From assembly GCA_013239625.1 (NCBI GenBank), contig MU053472.1, positions 3,705,410 to 3,769,409 on the forward strand: DNA of 64,000 nt, written 5' to 3'. Below the pieces are notes generated by a model. The model was not told where the DNA came from, did not search any database, and saw nothing but the letters and a program-made list of their open reading frames with translations. Of the stretch, positions 45,901 to 58,799 are shown in pieces. Origin of the DNA: Lama guanicoe. Its lineage: Eukaryota. Position 1 is the first letter of the stretch; each line of letters starts with the position of its first letter. The position numbers and the translations under genes were made by a program.

Positions 45901-48900
45901 CCAGAGTGGGAGGTCCAGTTTGGGGCCCCCGAGGAGTGGGGCTACCTCTAGTTTATTTCTGTAACCCCTTACACCTAGCATGCTGCTTAGCTATAATGGG
46001 CCCTTAGTTAATAATGTATTGAATGAATGAAATAATTCTAGTCTCAGCTTTGCAGTTAATCATCCTATGGACAGTGTGACATCCCGTGGATCATTTCATG
46101 CCACTCAGCCTCAATTTCCCCTTCTATACGATGGCAGTAATAGTTTGGGCCAGGGAGTAAGTGAATTAATGTATGTGAATAGACTGTAAAATTTAAAACA
46201 CTATTTACATATAAAGGATAAAATATTTTAAAAACTGTCTTTCAAATGAGCCTCGATATTGACACTTCAAAGTCTGAATAAAGTGATTTGAAAGGACATA
46301 CCCTTCCCTCAAGGTACATATGATCTGTTTATTGAAAAATATACATTATATCATTATTTTTTAATTTTTCTAAGTTGACTCAGACAAAAAGGATTGCCTT
46401 ATTGTTTGAAAGTACATTTAAATTTTAAAGACTTGATCTTTAGGCTTCTAATCCTACGTAGTGTACCTAAACAAAGACTCGAGTTAGAAGAGCCTCTGAT
46501 GCTGGTAGTATTGTGCTCAGGTAGCCTGTATTGTCAGCTTCTCTGAAAAGGCCTGATTTTGTTCTTATTGAAAGAGGAACTTGGCTCAGATACACCAGGA
46601 AGTTCTCTTTAGCTGCAAGGAGACACTAAGCAAAAGCGCAATTACATCTTCCTTTCTTTTTAGTGAGGTAAAACACACACAGCATAGAATTTACCGTTTT
46701 AATCACTTTTAAGTGTACAGTCCTGTGGCATTAAATACGTTCCCAGTGTTGTGCTAGCATCACCACCATCCATTCATTTCCAGAACTACTTCATCTTCCT
46801 CCACCTGAAACTACCCGTTAAACACTAACTTCACCTTTCCCGCCTCCATCTTCTGGCAGCCACCATTCTATTTTCTGTCTCGAAGAATTTGATAGCTCTA
46901 GGGACCTCATTTAAGAGGAATCATTTATTTGTCCCACTTATGATTAGTTTATTTCAAGAGTCACTGATATTGTGGTATGTGTCAAATTTTCTTTCCTTTT
47001 TATTGCTGAATAATTTCCCACAAATGTCCATATGAATGTACCACATGTAGTTTATCCGTTCGTCTGTTGGTGGACACTGGGCTCTACCACCTTTTGGCTG
47101 TTGTGCATAGTGCTGCCGTGGACATGGTCGCACACTGATCTGCTCTGCTTTCACTTTGGGGTGTGTGCCTAGAATGCCATTTCTTCACCTCACCATAAGT
47201 GAGCTGCTGGGTTTCGAGTTGCTGTAGTAACTCACCTTGAAATAAATTTACTTTTAGTATGTGTTTCCTTTTTTGTATTTATATTGGTTATTTTCTCACT
47301 GTTGACACTGTACTATTCTGGAGTAGATTTAGGTCTAAAACATTTTCATTAAGATTTGAACTGTCTCCGTAGGATAAAGTGTATGAACTTGTCCTAACCT
47401 GTAGTGGAAGTGAAAATGTTTACCTTTTGATAAAGTTTTAGTAATCTTGGCTTTACTTTATTACTAGAATTGTTTCTAAAAATGTGATCAACTCTTAGAT
47501 CTGAAATAGAATTCTGTTCATTATTTCCAGTTTTTATTCTACATGCAATTTAATGCCCTTAAGTGAACACTGCCTTCAGGAAGACACTGGAAGATCTTTA
47601 TGCAGATGAATGTGTCTTAGGACATAGTGATAAACTCAGTTGTGTTAAGTGTTAGTCCTCTCAGAATGCTTTCATAATATAATACACACTAGATTAATTT
47701 GTCATGTATTAAGCACACAGTTGCACTTTAATAGCTAGGTTTTCATATTCCGTAAGCTTACTGATACCTTGCTTTGTTCTGTTTTGTTGACTATACGAAG
47801 TAGGACTGCACTGGTAAGGAAATAGCCATTGAGAAATCTTTGTGGATTATCTTTTCAAGACCTCCCTTCGTGCAGGTACCTTTCTACTTTCTATTTGTAG
47901 CTGGACAGTGAATGTAGAAGGACATTCACTGTTTTGCTGCTGTTTCCTTAGATACCAAATCAGCTGTCAAATATATATTAATATATTCTCTGTTGTATAT
48001 TCTATTTTATTTCTCCAAGAAATTTATTTTAAAGTACACTTTAACAGCTATTCAAAATGTGTAACCATTATTTCTCCAAGAAATTTATTTTAAAGTACAC
48101 TTTAACAGCTATTCAAAATGTGTAACCAATAGAGTCAGATCATAGCAGTATCAGAAAAGCTAATACCTTTCATTGCTTTATTTGTAGCAGAACACTTACG
48201 GTGCCCTGACGGGTGAAAACCTGCAGCTCCTGACTGAGTCCTTTTCCTGCCACTAGGGGGCTCAGTTTTCCTTAGCTGTTAAAACTCTAGAAAAAGATCC
48301 CAGTTTTTTTCACTTTTGACAAATCCTGCAGACCTCTCCTTGGTGTTTTGCTTTTTGGATTTAACTTATTTCCCAGGATATTTATGCTTTCAAATGTCCT
48401 GGGAAACCAAATTCAAATTCAAAGCATGTTAATTGTGTATCTGAATAATCTCCAAGGATATTGGAAATGACAACAGCTTGAATTTTATGTGGCCATCCTA
48501 GTAATGTCTGGCTTTTTAAACCGGTGGAATTGTTAAAATCATGTAATTCAGAAAACATCAACCCTTGTATTTGTATCTGAACTAGAATTCTGTCTATTAT
48601 CTTAATTTTTTCCTTCCACATGCAAAATATAATGCCTTAAAGTGCACACAATCTAATAAGAAAATATTTATTTCTAGTATACCTTTATGAACTTCTGATA
48701 TTTTAAAAATCAGTTGATAATGGAGAAATAGGGAAGCATTTCCATGAATTTCTACAATCCTTAGGCCAATTTACTTTCAAAGATTACAGACTGAGATTAT
48801 TCAGTAATTCTGTTAGCATACTCAAAGTATGAAAAATGTGGACCGAAAAAGAAAAAGTTGCCACCTTATAATAAAGACACCTTAAATATATTCAGCAAGT

Positions 48901-51900
48901 GGAGTTCTAGTAAATTTAAAATATTACATTTTAGGAAGAAGGGAAAATTAGGGAAGTATTATGATATATTAGAGAGCATGTGCTTTGGAGTTTGACTATT
49001 GCTTCTGATACTACCAGCTTTGTGACTTTCAGCAAAATTTTTTTAATCATCTCTGAGCTTTAGTTTCCTTATTTTTGTAAAGTAATGTTAATACGTCATT
49101 CAGTTGTTGTTTGGATTAAATAAGGCAATGTATGTAGAGCACTTGGGACTGTGCCTGGACCGTGGTGGGTGCTCAGTAAGTGTCATCCTCTGTTTAATCC
49201 AAAGGTGTGATGTTATAACTGATTCTCATTCATTCTGGAGAGTCTCTCTCTGGAAAATGGGAGGCTCAACCTATTATTAAGACTGCATCTGTAAGTATGA
49301 CTGTACCTGTGCAAAGACTTCAATCTATTCATGGTATCCTAATATAAAGTTTGGAAAATATATTTCCTTAGCTAAAATAGTAGCATTGTTAGCTATTTAT
49401 TTATTGACCGCTTACTGTATGCCAGTGCTCCTTTGAGTGATTTATGCGTATTAACTCATTCGTTCCTCACGACAAACATATTAGGTGGGTATTATTAGCA
49501 CCCCTCTTCTTACAGGATGCAGAAACTGAGGCCAGCAGAGACTAACCTTGCTCAGATTTATACAGCTATTAATATTTTGGAGCTAGGCTCCAAAACCAGG
49601 CATTCTGGCTCTGGGATCTGAATTCCTAACCACTTGTCTAAATGGTTAAAACATTTTTTCAAAGATTTCACTGGATGCATTGTATAATAGTAGAAATGTT
49701 TGGAGAGCATTTCATACTTATTTTATCCTTAAAGAAACACACCTTCCTCCAAATGTTTATTACTATTAAAGTGATTGAAATAAATATTTTAAAATTCCAA
49801 GTATGTCCTGATATTTTCAACAAAAGGAAATTACTACTTTCAGTAAGAATAAAAAGTTGGTTAGAAAGGCAACAAAATGTTTAAGTGCTAAAGAAATCAT
49901 TTAGAAGAGCAGACATGACCCTTTTAAATAATATTTAAAATTAGTTTATTACCATTGTTACCAACAAATAATAGCACCTAATTGAAGGAAATATATTCTG
50001 TTGCACCCACCACGGAAAGCTTTTGGAATTTTTGTCTCCAAGTTGAGAGAGAGGAGTGGCTGGAGCGCTGTGGGGTTACTTGGGGTGACGTTTCTGTGTG
50101 TGGATTTGTTCCAGCCGTGCTGCAGTGCTGCCCTCCCTCCACCCACATGGACGCGCTCAGTAGCTGTGTCACCCCCGCGGCCTCTTCCTACGCACACTGC
50201 AGCTACTTCCAGGTGAGAGTCTTGGAACAGTGGACGTCCCCTGGGCCTCGGGTGCAGTACTGTTGACCTTGCAGAATTGCAAAGTGTAACTTTATCTTAA
50301 TGAGTCACCGGAGGTAAGCTGTGGATCGTGGCCTCAGTTTTTCCCAATTCTAAAAAAAAGGAGTTGATATAAATGATGTCTGGGGATTCTTTTAGGCCTA
50401 CACTGTCTTCTAGGCCTACCTAGTGTTAGGCACTAGCCACACGTAGCTATTTAAATTTAAGTTAGTTAAACAAGATTTAAAATTCATTCCTCAGTCACAC
50501 TAGCCACATTTTAAGTGTTCAATAGTTTTGTATGGCTAGTGGCTACCAAATTTTAGAGCATAGGCAGAGAACATTTCCATCATTGCTGAAAGTTAGTTTG
50601 AACAGTGCTGTTCTAGGTTCTTCCATAGTAGAATGAATACCAGATAAACTCTAAAAGTATGTGAATCACCAAATGACAGATCCTTCCAAGATGGTATAGA
50701 TGGTTACTTCTTTTTTAAAGGGGAAAGGAAAAATGATGTCAAAAATGAGAAATTTAAGTGATAGTTTCCTTCAGCCCCAATATTGTAAACACTGGACTTC
50801 TGTTACTGTCTCATTATTTATTAGGAGACTATTGCTTTGATTTAAACATTGTAGACGACTGTTTCTAGGATAAGATTAAATCCCATGTTTGTATTTTTAT
50901 GTTACAGTAAGAGATTTGAATTATGTGCTTGCTTTTGATATCACATAGTCATACCAGCTTCTGTTCTTAAGAGAATGTCTTACTAGTAGTGGCATTCCAG
51001 TACTCAAAAGAACATTCCTTTTTTCTTTCCTTTTTCTTTTCTTTTTTTTTAGAAAATATACATGGCAAGTCAAATTATAATCATATTCTTGTCTGAAGAG
51101 TATAGAATCAGATCAAGGGGACCTAGCCGGACATTTTTAATGACAGATATCATCAAGCATGTTAGTCCAGGATATTCATCTTCACTAACTATCCCACAAA
51201 TTAAATGCTCTTGTTTGTAGACCCAGGCATTACCTCCCCTGGGTCATACTGGAGGTACCCTGTCAGTGTTTATATCTGGATTATGTTTATGTTTTAAATT
51301 AATCATTTAAAACACCTTTAAAGATGTTTTCTTACGACAAAGACAATACATGTTCATTGTAGGGAAATAGAGATAAGTAGACGTAAAATTTTTAAATGGA
51401 AAGAAGGGAAGTATTTTAGATGCCGTTCTGGAAATAAATGCAGTTAGTTTTGTTGGACTGTAGGTACAGTGAGAGTGTGCATGAATGGTCAGTATATTAT
51501 AATGGTTAAGAGCCACAACTCTTTGAGTCAGACAAACCTAGATTTGAAACCCGGCTGTGCCAGTTGCTTCATTGTGACTTTGGGTAAATTACGAAGTTTC
51601 TGTGAACTTCAGTTCCATCATTTGGAAATGGAGATTATCACATTTCATAGACCTCTTGTGAGGATTAAATGAAATAATGTATATAAAGCACTTTGCATGT
51701 GCTTGGCACAGTTAGAATTCAATAAATGGTGCTATCACCAATAGTAGAATAGCTTGATGCTTAAACCATCTATATTTATATTATTTGGCATTAGTATCCT
51801 TCAGATCATTGACACAATCTTTGTAGTGGTTTTGGTAACATGGACTCACTACATGTCTTATTTAATAGTAACTTTTCTATATTTTACATTTATAACCTGA

Positions 51901-54900
51901 GATAATCAACAAACACTTATCGAATACCTACTCTGTGCAAAGCTCTGCATTTGGCAATATCAACTCATTACACGTTGTATTTAATCATCACTCTTCAGTA
52001 TTCTGTGTTCTAGCTTGAGATCATTTATCACCAAACATGTAATTGAATGTCTGTCCTGTGCAAAAGTACTATGTATAAGAGAATACATCTTAAAGTTATC
52101 AGTCTAAAAGTGACAGCCTTTTAAAATCTCTTATTTTATTATTAAAAGTAAATAATCTCAGGACCAAAGGACCCTCGATACTCCATCCATTCTTCCCAAA
52201 TCATTTGGAACAGGATATCTGTACCTCCCCCTGAATCTGTAGAAGCATTGGTGGACTTGTGAGCAGCCTGTGTTTGACGTTTCCTTTCTGCTTTCCGAAA
52301 ACAGTATATGATAGATACAAGCGTTGCTTCGTCTGTCAACCTCTATGGAAGAATTTGGTATATAGACATTTAACAGCAAATTGGTATTTGGGTACTGTAG
52401 TTTTTTTGATTTTGTATACTTTAACCCTGAGAGTTATTGGTCCATTTTAGTGTTAAACTTACGGTGGTTGACATATAATAGTTGCTGAGTAAATGTTAAC
52501 AATAGAATTGAAGCTACCACTGCTGAAAAACTGGCATTTAAGTTTCCTTAGTGAGCTTTAAGTTTACGTTTAGCACTCATCAGCCTAAATGTTGTTGCTT
52601 TCCTCCTTAACCTCATACTTGATTTTCTATCCAAACAGTCCTATTTTCTCTTTTCCCAGAATCCTCCAATGCAATCTTCCTATCCAGTTGAATTTCTGTC
52701 TTCTAATTGGCCTTGCAGTGCTACTGATGAAAATAAAAAGACAGAAGTAAACCTAGAGGCTGTTTTTCAAATAGTAGATGAGTTGCGTTCCTCCCCTAAA
52801 TTGGAGATGGTAAAGGTGGAACCTGTTGAGGATCAGTGCTCAACATCTCAGTCTAACAGAGGCCAACATATCCTAGCTAACTCAAACAGCAGCAATCCAT
52901 CTTTCACGAGTCAGGCTAGCCAGCTGGAGCCACTCACTCCTGTAGGCTCAGATATTACGTCTTTTGTGGTCGGAACAGAACAAGCAATTACCTGCTCTCT
53001 ACCACAGTCACCCGAGTACATCTATACCATCCATACAGCTCAGCCTGTTGAAAATACTACAATGCAGGAATCTGCAGCCATCCAGCAAGCTCATGTCAAA
53101 CTGGAGGAGCAGCTAAGTCATAATCCATCTCCATCTTCAGTAGTATTTGTGCAGGAAGGGCTACCGTTCAGCACACACCAGGTAAGAGGCAAAGAAAAAA
53201 TCCTGATGAATGTCAAAGGTGCTTAGTGCCTCTTGCTAAAGACTCTTCTAGTGGAGGCTTTGCCTGGATTTCATCTGGGTTTAATAAGTTTATTACGCTT
53301 TCCAGAAGGATCACGTCTCAGTAGTTCTGCACAGAAGATTCTGAAAGCAACCTTAACCCTCAGGCATCCTCTCACTATGTTATGGTCTGAAGTCAACCTC
53401 TAGAGAGGCAGTCTGATTGAGCACTGTGGTGCAGGACTTATTTTCATGTTAAAAGCATCCTTTGAGTTTTGCTTTCTAACTTAATTTGGATGGACTAGTA
53501 GGTGTGCCTGGCTATTCAGAAGGGACGGTTTTTCTCGTAGGTAATATCAGGACTTCCCAAGCCGTTTGTAGCCTGGAGGTAAGGAGATGGCTGGAGGTGT
53601 TTTCATACTTTTTTACAGCATCATTGCATTCTAATTTGACTTGGGAGCATACTGTGTTTGAATTTCCTTACTAATATTCTCATTCCTAAAGCAGAATTCT
53701 GACTCTAGTTTGAGAGATATGTTCTGAAGGTAGGAACTTAATTCCTTTATTGCTGCTATATTTATAACCAGAAAATGAAAAAAATATTGATTCTAAATAA
53801 TAAAAGTACATCCAAATTAAAATCACTTTTTGTGATGATTTTTTCCTACTTTAAATTTTTTTTCTTGATCTTAGCCTGATACATGTATTTTTTCATTTTG
53901 GATTTTTTTTCTTTAATGGAATTGAAAATATCTCCATTCTTAGAGATTCCCAAGATGACCTTTGGCAGTGTTTCAAAACGTATTCTTTTTTAGCTATAAC
54001 TTTAGATCCAAATGTCTTAAGGTTTCTATCAACTCATTGTCCTTTTCGAGTCAACTGTTGTGACCCAACATACTATGTATTAAAATATTATAAATTCAAT
54101 AGATCAAAGATAGGCCCATTATGTTTCAAATATGCCTGTGGAAAGAACATGAAATTCGTCTTTGTTCCTTCATAGTCACATTCAAAATACTAGATTTCAT
54201 ACCTTAACATTGCATTCACACAGTTGCTTTTTCTTTTAAAAAATTTGAGTATCACAGCTTTTGAAAGGTGTGTTTTAAACTTTCAGCTTTATTTCATTAC
54301 ATGGTTTTATTTTAAAATAATTCATAAACAAGTAGAGTATGTTAGAAGTTGATCACCTTGACAAAGGGATTTGACATTTTAAAGAAAACATTTTAAAGAA
54401 CTCTAGCAGAGACATTCATATATCATAAGCAGGGCAGGTCTAGATTTTATAGGAGCTGAAGCGTATACAATTTAGAGGGTCTCATTAAGACAAAGAATAC
54501 AAAATTAATAGAATAAAGTGTTCACAGCTTTACTGACATCATTCAACAGGATCATGCCCTATGGCCATTCTGATATCACCAAGATGGAAAATCTGATGGA
54601 AGGGATGCCAAAGTGGGAAAAAATAATGGTATTGTAAATTATTGTGTGTGTGAATTTTACCGAAAAAAAAAAGAAATTCAGCTTCTTGGTAAATCTTCCT
54701 CTGATCATAAGTAAATGTTTTAGCTCCATAGACAGTTCAGTGGTTTGTGTATAGGGAAATACACGTCTTGCTACCAAATACTCAGATTAGCTTAACAAAG
54801 TCAAAGATGGTACCATTCGTCGGGATGAAAAGCCTTACAGTCGTATTTATTGGATCACGTTTCTATGGTAGAACTCCTCTGGTAGAGTATCTTAACTTTT

Positions 54901-55128
54901 AGTAGATGTTTGGGGGAAATTCAGAATAACGAGTGGGTTTAACATTTTAGGTGGATGCCAGTACAAAATGCCAGACCAATCCACCTGAGAATATCTTGCC
55001 TTCAGAACAGATGGGATTCCTTATTTCAGAAGTGGGGCCTGCTAGCAAGCGTAGTAAAGACGCAGGTTTATCCACTCCAGCCAGATACAGAGGACGAAGA
55101 AGCCACTCACAGCAAGCAAAGTCCCCTG
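36221..55128 (+). CDS. HSF5: Heat shock factor 5, coding exons 1-5 (3' partial; exon 1 frameshifted as assembled)
   Basis: Exons 36221-36657, 41478-41852, 50115-50212, 52660-53181, 54951-55128. HSF DBD start NNFPAKLWRLVNSP..IRW and end GFRKV..HFHSPHFRRDQPQLL. Confidence 0.93.
39979..40061 (-). mobile_element. Short retroposed LTR-like 3' fragment with 17-bp target-site duplication
   Basis: Flanked by TAATG(A/C)TTTATTCTTTA at 39962 and 40062; the minus strand ends in AATAAA plus an A-rich tail. Confidence 0.6.
40740..40825. mobile_element. MER5A-like fragment
   Basis: TTTAACAAACTCTCCAGGTGATTC...TTTGAGAACCATTG. Confidence 0.6.
41478..41852 (+). CDS. HSF5: HSF5 exon 2 (PVAVGQFHRSF...QAYYPT)
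   Basis: CAG acceptor, GTATGA donor, open frame. Confidence 0.95.
44291..44396 (+). mobile_element. tRNA-derived SINE (camelid Vic-1-like)
   Basis: A box TAGCTCAAGTGG, B box GGTTCAATCC, (TAAA)n tail. Confidence 0.88.
46655..47180 (-). mobile_element. Old LINE-1 (L1MB-like) 3' fragment
   Basis: TTTTAAGTGTACAG..GTGGCATTAA..CCACCATTCTA.TTTCTGTCTC motifs, shared with copies at 60.8-63.4 kb. Confidence 0.75.
48007..48128. repeat. Perfect 61-bp tandem duplication
   Basis: 48007-48067 is identical to 48068-48128. Confidence 0.95.
48250..48263 (+). promoter_or_regulatory. Candidate CTCF site
   Basis: CCACTAGGGGGCTC matches the core CCASYAGRKGGC exactly. Confidence 0.55.
48965..49185 (+). mobile_element. 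MIR SINE
   Basis: MIR core CTCTGAGCTTTAGTTTCCT and 3' GTGCCTGG..GTGCTCAGTAA. Confidence 0.7.
49385..49635 (-). mobile_element. MIR SINE
   Basis: Reverse MIR core TTACAG.ATG.AGAAACTGAGGC. Confidence 0.7.
50115..50212 (+). CDS. HSF5: HSF5 exon 3 (VLQCCPPSTHMDALSSC...SYFQ)
   Basis: CAG acceptor, GTGAGA donor. Confidence 0.94.
50431..50610. mobile_element. MER3-like hAT-Charlie relic
   Basis: CACTAGCCACA repeats, TGGCTAGTGGCTACC, AACATTTCCATCATTGC..GAAAGTT. Confidence 0.7.
51490..51735 (+). mobile_element. MIR SINE
   Basis: TGGTTAAGAGC...GTGACTTTGGGTAAATTAC...TGTGAGGATTAAATGA. Confidence 0.8.
52660..53181 (+). CDS. HSF5: HSF5 exon 4 (NPPMQSSYPVEF...FSTHQ)
   Basis: CAG acceptor, GTAAGA donor, 174 codons. 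Confidence 0.95.
54951..55128 (+). CDS. HSF5: HSF5 exon 5 (VDASTKCQ...QAKSP)
   Basis: TAG acceptor, GTAAGG donor; the next exon is not found in the window. Confidence 0.93.
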
Positions 55129-56289
55129 GTAAGGATTACCGTGCTCTCAACGCTAGGGGTGGACTCTCAGGGTAGAACTGACGTGTGAGTGACGGTTTTC
55201 TGGCCTTCGTTTATTGCTCATAATTATAATGTATCCTTATCACGTTGCTGTTTAATGTAACTAATATGCCTTTTTGCTTAATTATCCTTGTAAGGTATGT
55301 GAAAGTTACCTTCCATTATTACATGTAAGAATCTGAGCTTTTGAAAGGAAAACATAGTAACTAAAAGCAAAGGAATTTGGGTTATCTAACTTGGAGAATG
55401 TAAGGATGAAGGGTGATTTAGTAACTGCTTCAGATTCCAAAGACTTTGTAATTATAGCAGTATTTCTTATTAACTGACCATAGTACAAGAGGAAATGTGC
55501 TAAAATTGTGGCAGGAAAATTAGATGGACATTAAAGACATTGTCCTGAACATATTATAAAGATGCTGTTAAGTATGGTTGTATTAATGGGATTATTTTTC
55601 TTGTGGTTTGTAGGAGCCCAATGTTAGTGATTGTTTTAGGCACATACAGTTTATGCTACTCTCCTTAGGGAAATTGGACAGAATCACTTTTTTAGGAAAG
55701 TCGTGACATCTAGTAAAACATGTTTCTTACGTAACCTAAAACCAGGTCATCAAAGTCTTCAATGGACAACTTGAATATTCTCCCATTATATGCATGTCAG
55801 AGGCATACAATTCAGTGAATTAATCAATAAGGTCACACAATCATTTTAACCTGTAAAAATTGGAAATGTTGGGATCATCTGTGATAATTTCTCCAAAAGG
55901 TAAACTACTAGTGATATGATCAAGATGTTGCTCAGACTCATAGGGTTCTTTCTGCAGAATGCCTTTTTGACTAAAAGCTGTCTAGATCATTCATCTCATT
56001 CGTTAAACTTAGCTTGCGCTGTTGCTTTTAGTTAAGTATATGGTCCAATCCATGACCAAGGATTAAGATTTCTTAATACCACTGAAGATGTTCAAAACAA
56101 TGGCATAGACTTGAAGGCAATTTAGAAAAGGACAGTGATGAATATTTACCTCATACCCATTTTTCTGCCATGTAACAAATTTGATGAAAGTGGTATTGTC
56201 ATCGTCTTAAAAATCAGGAAACTTAAGCTTGGAGAAGATAAATAACTTGTTCAAGATCACATTAATTAATGTAGCTAATATTCTACTCA

Positions 56290-56730
56290 CAGTCACTCTG
56301 TTGATTGTGTACTTTGATGCACAGGCATTTTAAAGTTTGATGTATTCCCATTTGTCTATTTTTGCTTTTGTTACCTGTGATTTTGGTGTCATATCCAAGA
56401 CATCATTGCCAAGTCCAGTGTCATGAAGGTTTTTCCACTATGTTTTCTTTCAGGAGTTTTATAGTTTAAAGGTCTTACATTTAAGTCATTTATTCATTTT
56501 GAGTTAATGTTTGTAGATGGTGTAAGATAAGCGTCCAACTTCATTCTTTTACATGTGGACATCAGTTTTCCCAGTACCATTTGTTGAAGACACCGTTTTC
56601 CACTGAGTAGTCTTGGCGTCCTTGTCTAAGATCATCTGACTATATATATATATATATATATATATGAAGGTTTATTTCTGGTCTCCTTACTCTAGTCCAT
56701 TGGTCTATTTTTCTGTCTTTATGTACCATG
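56290..56730 (-). mobile_element. LINE-1 ORF2 relic containing (TA)n at 56641-56665
   Basis: TTTGGTGTCATATCCAAGA..CATTTTGAGTTAAT..CCCAGTACCATTTGTTGAAGA. Confidence 0.75.
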
Positions 56731-56740
56731 TGATCTGTTT

Positions 56741-56882
56741 AACCATTCAATTCTGCCATTGTAGCATAAAAGCAGCCATAGATAATACATAAATGAATGG
56801 TTGTGGCTATGCTCCAGTAGAACTTTATATAAAAAACAAGTGCTGGGCCCAATTTGACCCAGTCATAATTTGCCCACCCCTG
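56741..56882. mobile_element. MER58A-like fragment
   Basis: GCAGCCATAGATAATACATAAATGAATG...TTTGCCCACCCCTG, similar to 31790-32000. Confidence 0.7.
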
Positions 56883-56899
56883 AGTTAGACTAACAACTT

Positions 56900-57171
56900 A
56901 TTTCTGAAGAGTAACAGTGGAAGCCAGAAAAGAGTAGAATCAAACTTTTAATATACTGAAAGAAATCGGTAGTCCTAGAAATCTCTACCCAGCAAAAAGA
57001 TCCTTCGATAATGATGGCAGAATGAAGACATTTTCAGGTAAACACAAAATCGAGAGCATGTGCCACAGCAGATAAGCACTAAAGGAAATTCTACAGGGTG
57101 TTCTTCAGGCAGAAAGAAACAAGGATACGTACTTCGTTCCCAGGGTAATCACCAACACAATAGAAATAATC

Positions 57172-57220
<49 letters not shown>

Positions 57221-57480
57221 AGCGAGGAGGAAGGAATGAAAAATGAGGAAGACAAAGAGAAAATAAAATAAAATGGTTGACCTAAATTCAACCAATACAA
57301 TTATTCTATGTAAATGGTCTTAAAATCTCTAATTCAAAGGCAGAGATTGCTGAAGTAGTTAAAAGAGCAAACTCCTTCTATAGGCTGGCTGCAGGAGACA
57401 CGCAGCTTGAAAGTAAGTAGATGGAAAAAAGTATAACGTGCAAACAGGAAGTGTGAGAAGACTGGGATGGTTATTTTAAA
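56900..57480 (+). mobile_element. Old LINE-1 ORF1/ORF2-junction relic with an internal A44 tract
   Basis: CCTAGAAATCTCTACCCAGCAAA..AAGACATTTTCAG; ATGTAAATGGTCTTAAA..AAAGGCAGAGATTG (endonuclease N-terminus-like). Confidence 0.65.
57173..57216 (+). repeat. Pure poly(A) tract, 44 nt
   Basis: Seen directly. Confidence 0.95.
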
Positions 57481-58799
57481 ATATCACCTGCTAAAGCTGT
57501 TGTCTCCTGTCTGTTCTGTGCCGTTCCAGGTGTGGAGCTGAGCCCCCTTCCTCTGATTTGTCCCCTCCCCCAAACATTTACATCTGGTATTTATTTGTAT
57601 AGCACACTTTTCTGAAGAGTAGGCAAGGTAGAAAAGGTTTGCATTTCAAACGCTGCAAATAATTTAAAATGGAATGTAAGCTGTCCTTTTCAAGAGGCCT
57701 TCAGTCCCTTTACCGTTTTCCACCTTTCCTTTTCACTGGTCAGCGTGGCCTCCTGCCACGTTGTCCTCTGTCCCTGTGCTAGCATTGTACCCTCTCTTCT
57801 CTGATATCACCAGGCCCTGCGTTGTGTGTCTTAGGCAGAGAAGGTTAGGTATCTCTTCTGTTTCCTAATGTCTATTTGCCAAACCAAAACAACTTGTGAA
57901 GATATATTCCTCAACAAAGACAGCTACCTACCCAGGAGGAACTCTGGTGCCTTCTGTTAAAATAATAATTTCCTCTCTTTCACTACATACGATGGTTATA
58001 AGTGTAACTGATAAAATAATTAGCACATTAATTATCTTTTTTAACTCTTCCTTTTTTTTTCCTCTCTAATAAAGCTATGTCCTTTGGTCAGTGATGTTGA
58101 TAGATGAGTCTTAATTGACCTTGGCTTCCTGCTGTGAAACAGCAGAGTTGTGAAATGTTGGCATTATTATGACATCTAATCACATTTTCATTTTATTAGG
58201 GGCAGGGAGCAAATGACTTATGCTTAAACTAGAACCTCTTGGCTGAAAAGCCAGCTTTTGTAATGAAAATGTAAGGAGAAATACAGTTCATGAAGTTGCA
58301 AATTATTCCTCCTTAAAATTGGTCTGTGAAAACATGGCTGTATGCAAGGTCCTGTGACATTAAGAGACATTAACCAAAGTGAGTGTAAGGTTTATATTCT
58401 ATCTGTTACAGGCAGTATGACAGTCAATAGGAAGAAAGCTTTTGGTATTGAAAAACTACAGTAAAATATGGATTCTGCCAGATACTGTGGTAACTTAGAC
58501 ATGTTTACCTAACTTTACTGAGCCTCAGTTTCTTTATCTATAAAAGGAAGATAATAATGACATAAAACATACCACTGGCTTAGTATGGTGCCTGGTACAT
58601 AATGAGTAGTCAGTTCATGGCAGTAACAAAATTTTAGCAATATTTATACGTACTATTTTGAAGCTTTTTACTGTTAAGTACTTTTCAAATGACTGGTCTC
58701 ACTTTAAATTTATGTGGGTTCCTAGTGTTGTGAGCAATCCTGTAATATTTCCCTACTCAGTACAGCCCCATTTTCCAAAGCCACTCTATCATTCGTATC

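Noticed and set aside
52150..52400. Balanced-composition segment in HSF5 intron 3 that might be a cryptic exon or retrocopy
   Set aside because: Short ORFs only, no recognisable protein, poly(A) tail or TSD; a database search would be needed.
36221..55128. Calling HSF5 a pseudogene
   Set aside because: Only one lesion is present; exons 2-5, splice sites and promoter are intact, so an artefact or recent allele is more likely.
57576..57625. Possible HSF5 last exon (reads D-L-H-L after a pyrimidine tract)
   Set aside because: Preceded by AC rather than AG, and similarity to the expected C-terminus ends after four residues.
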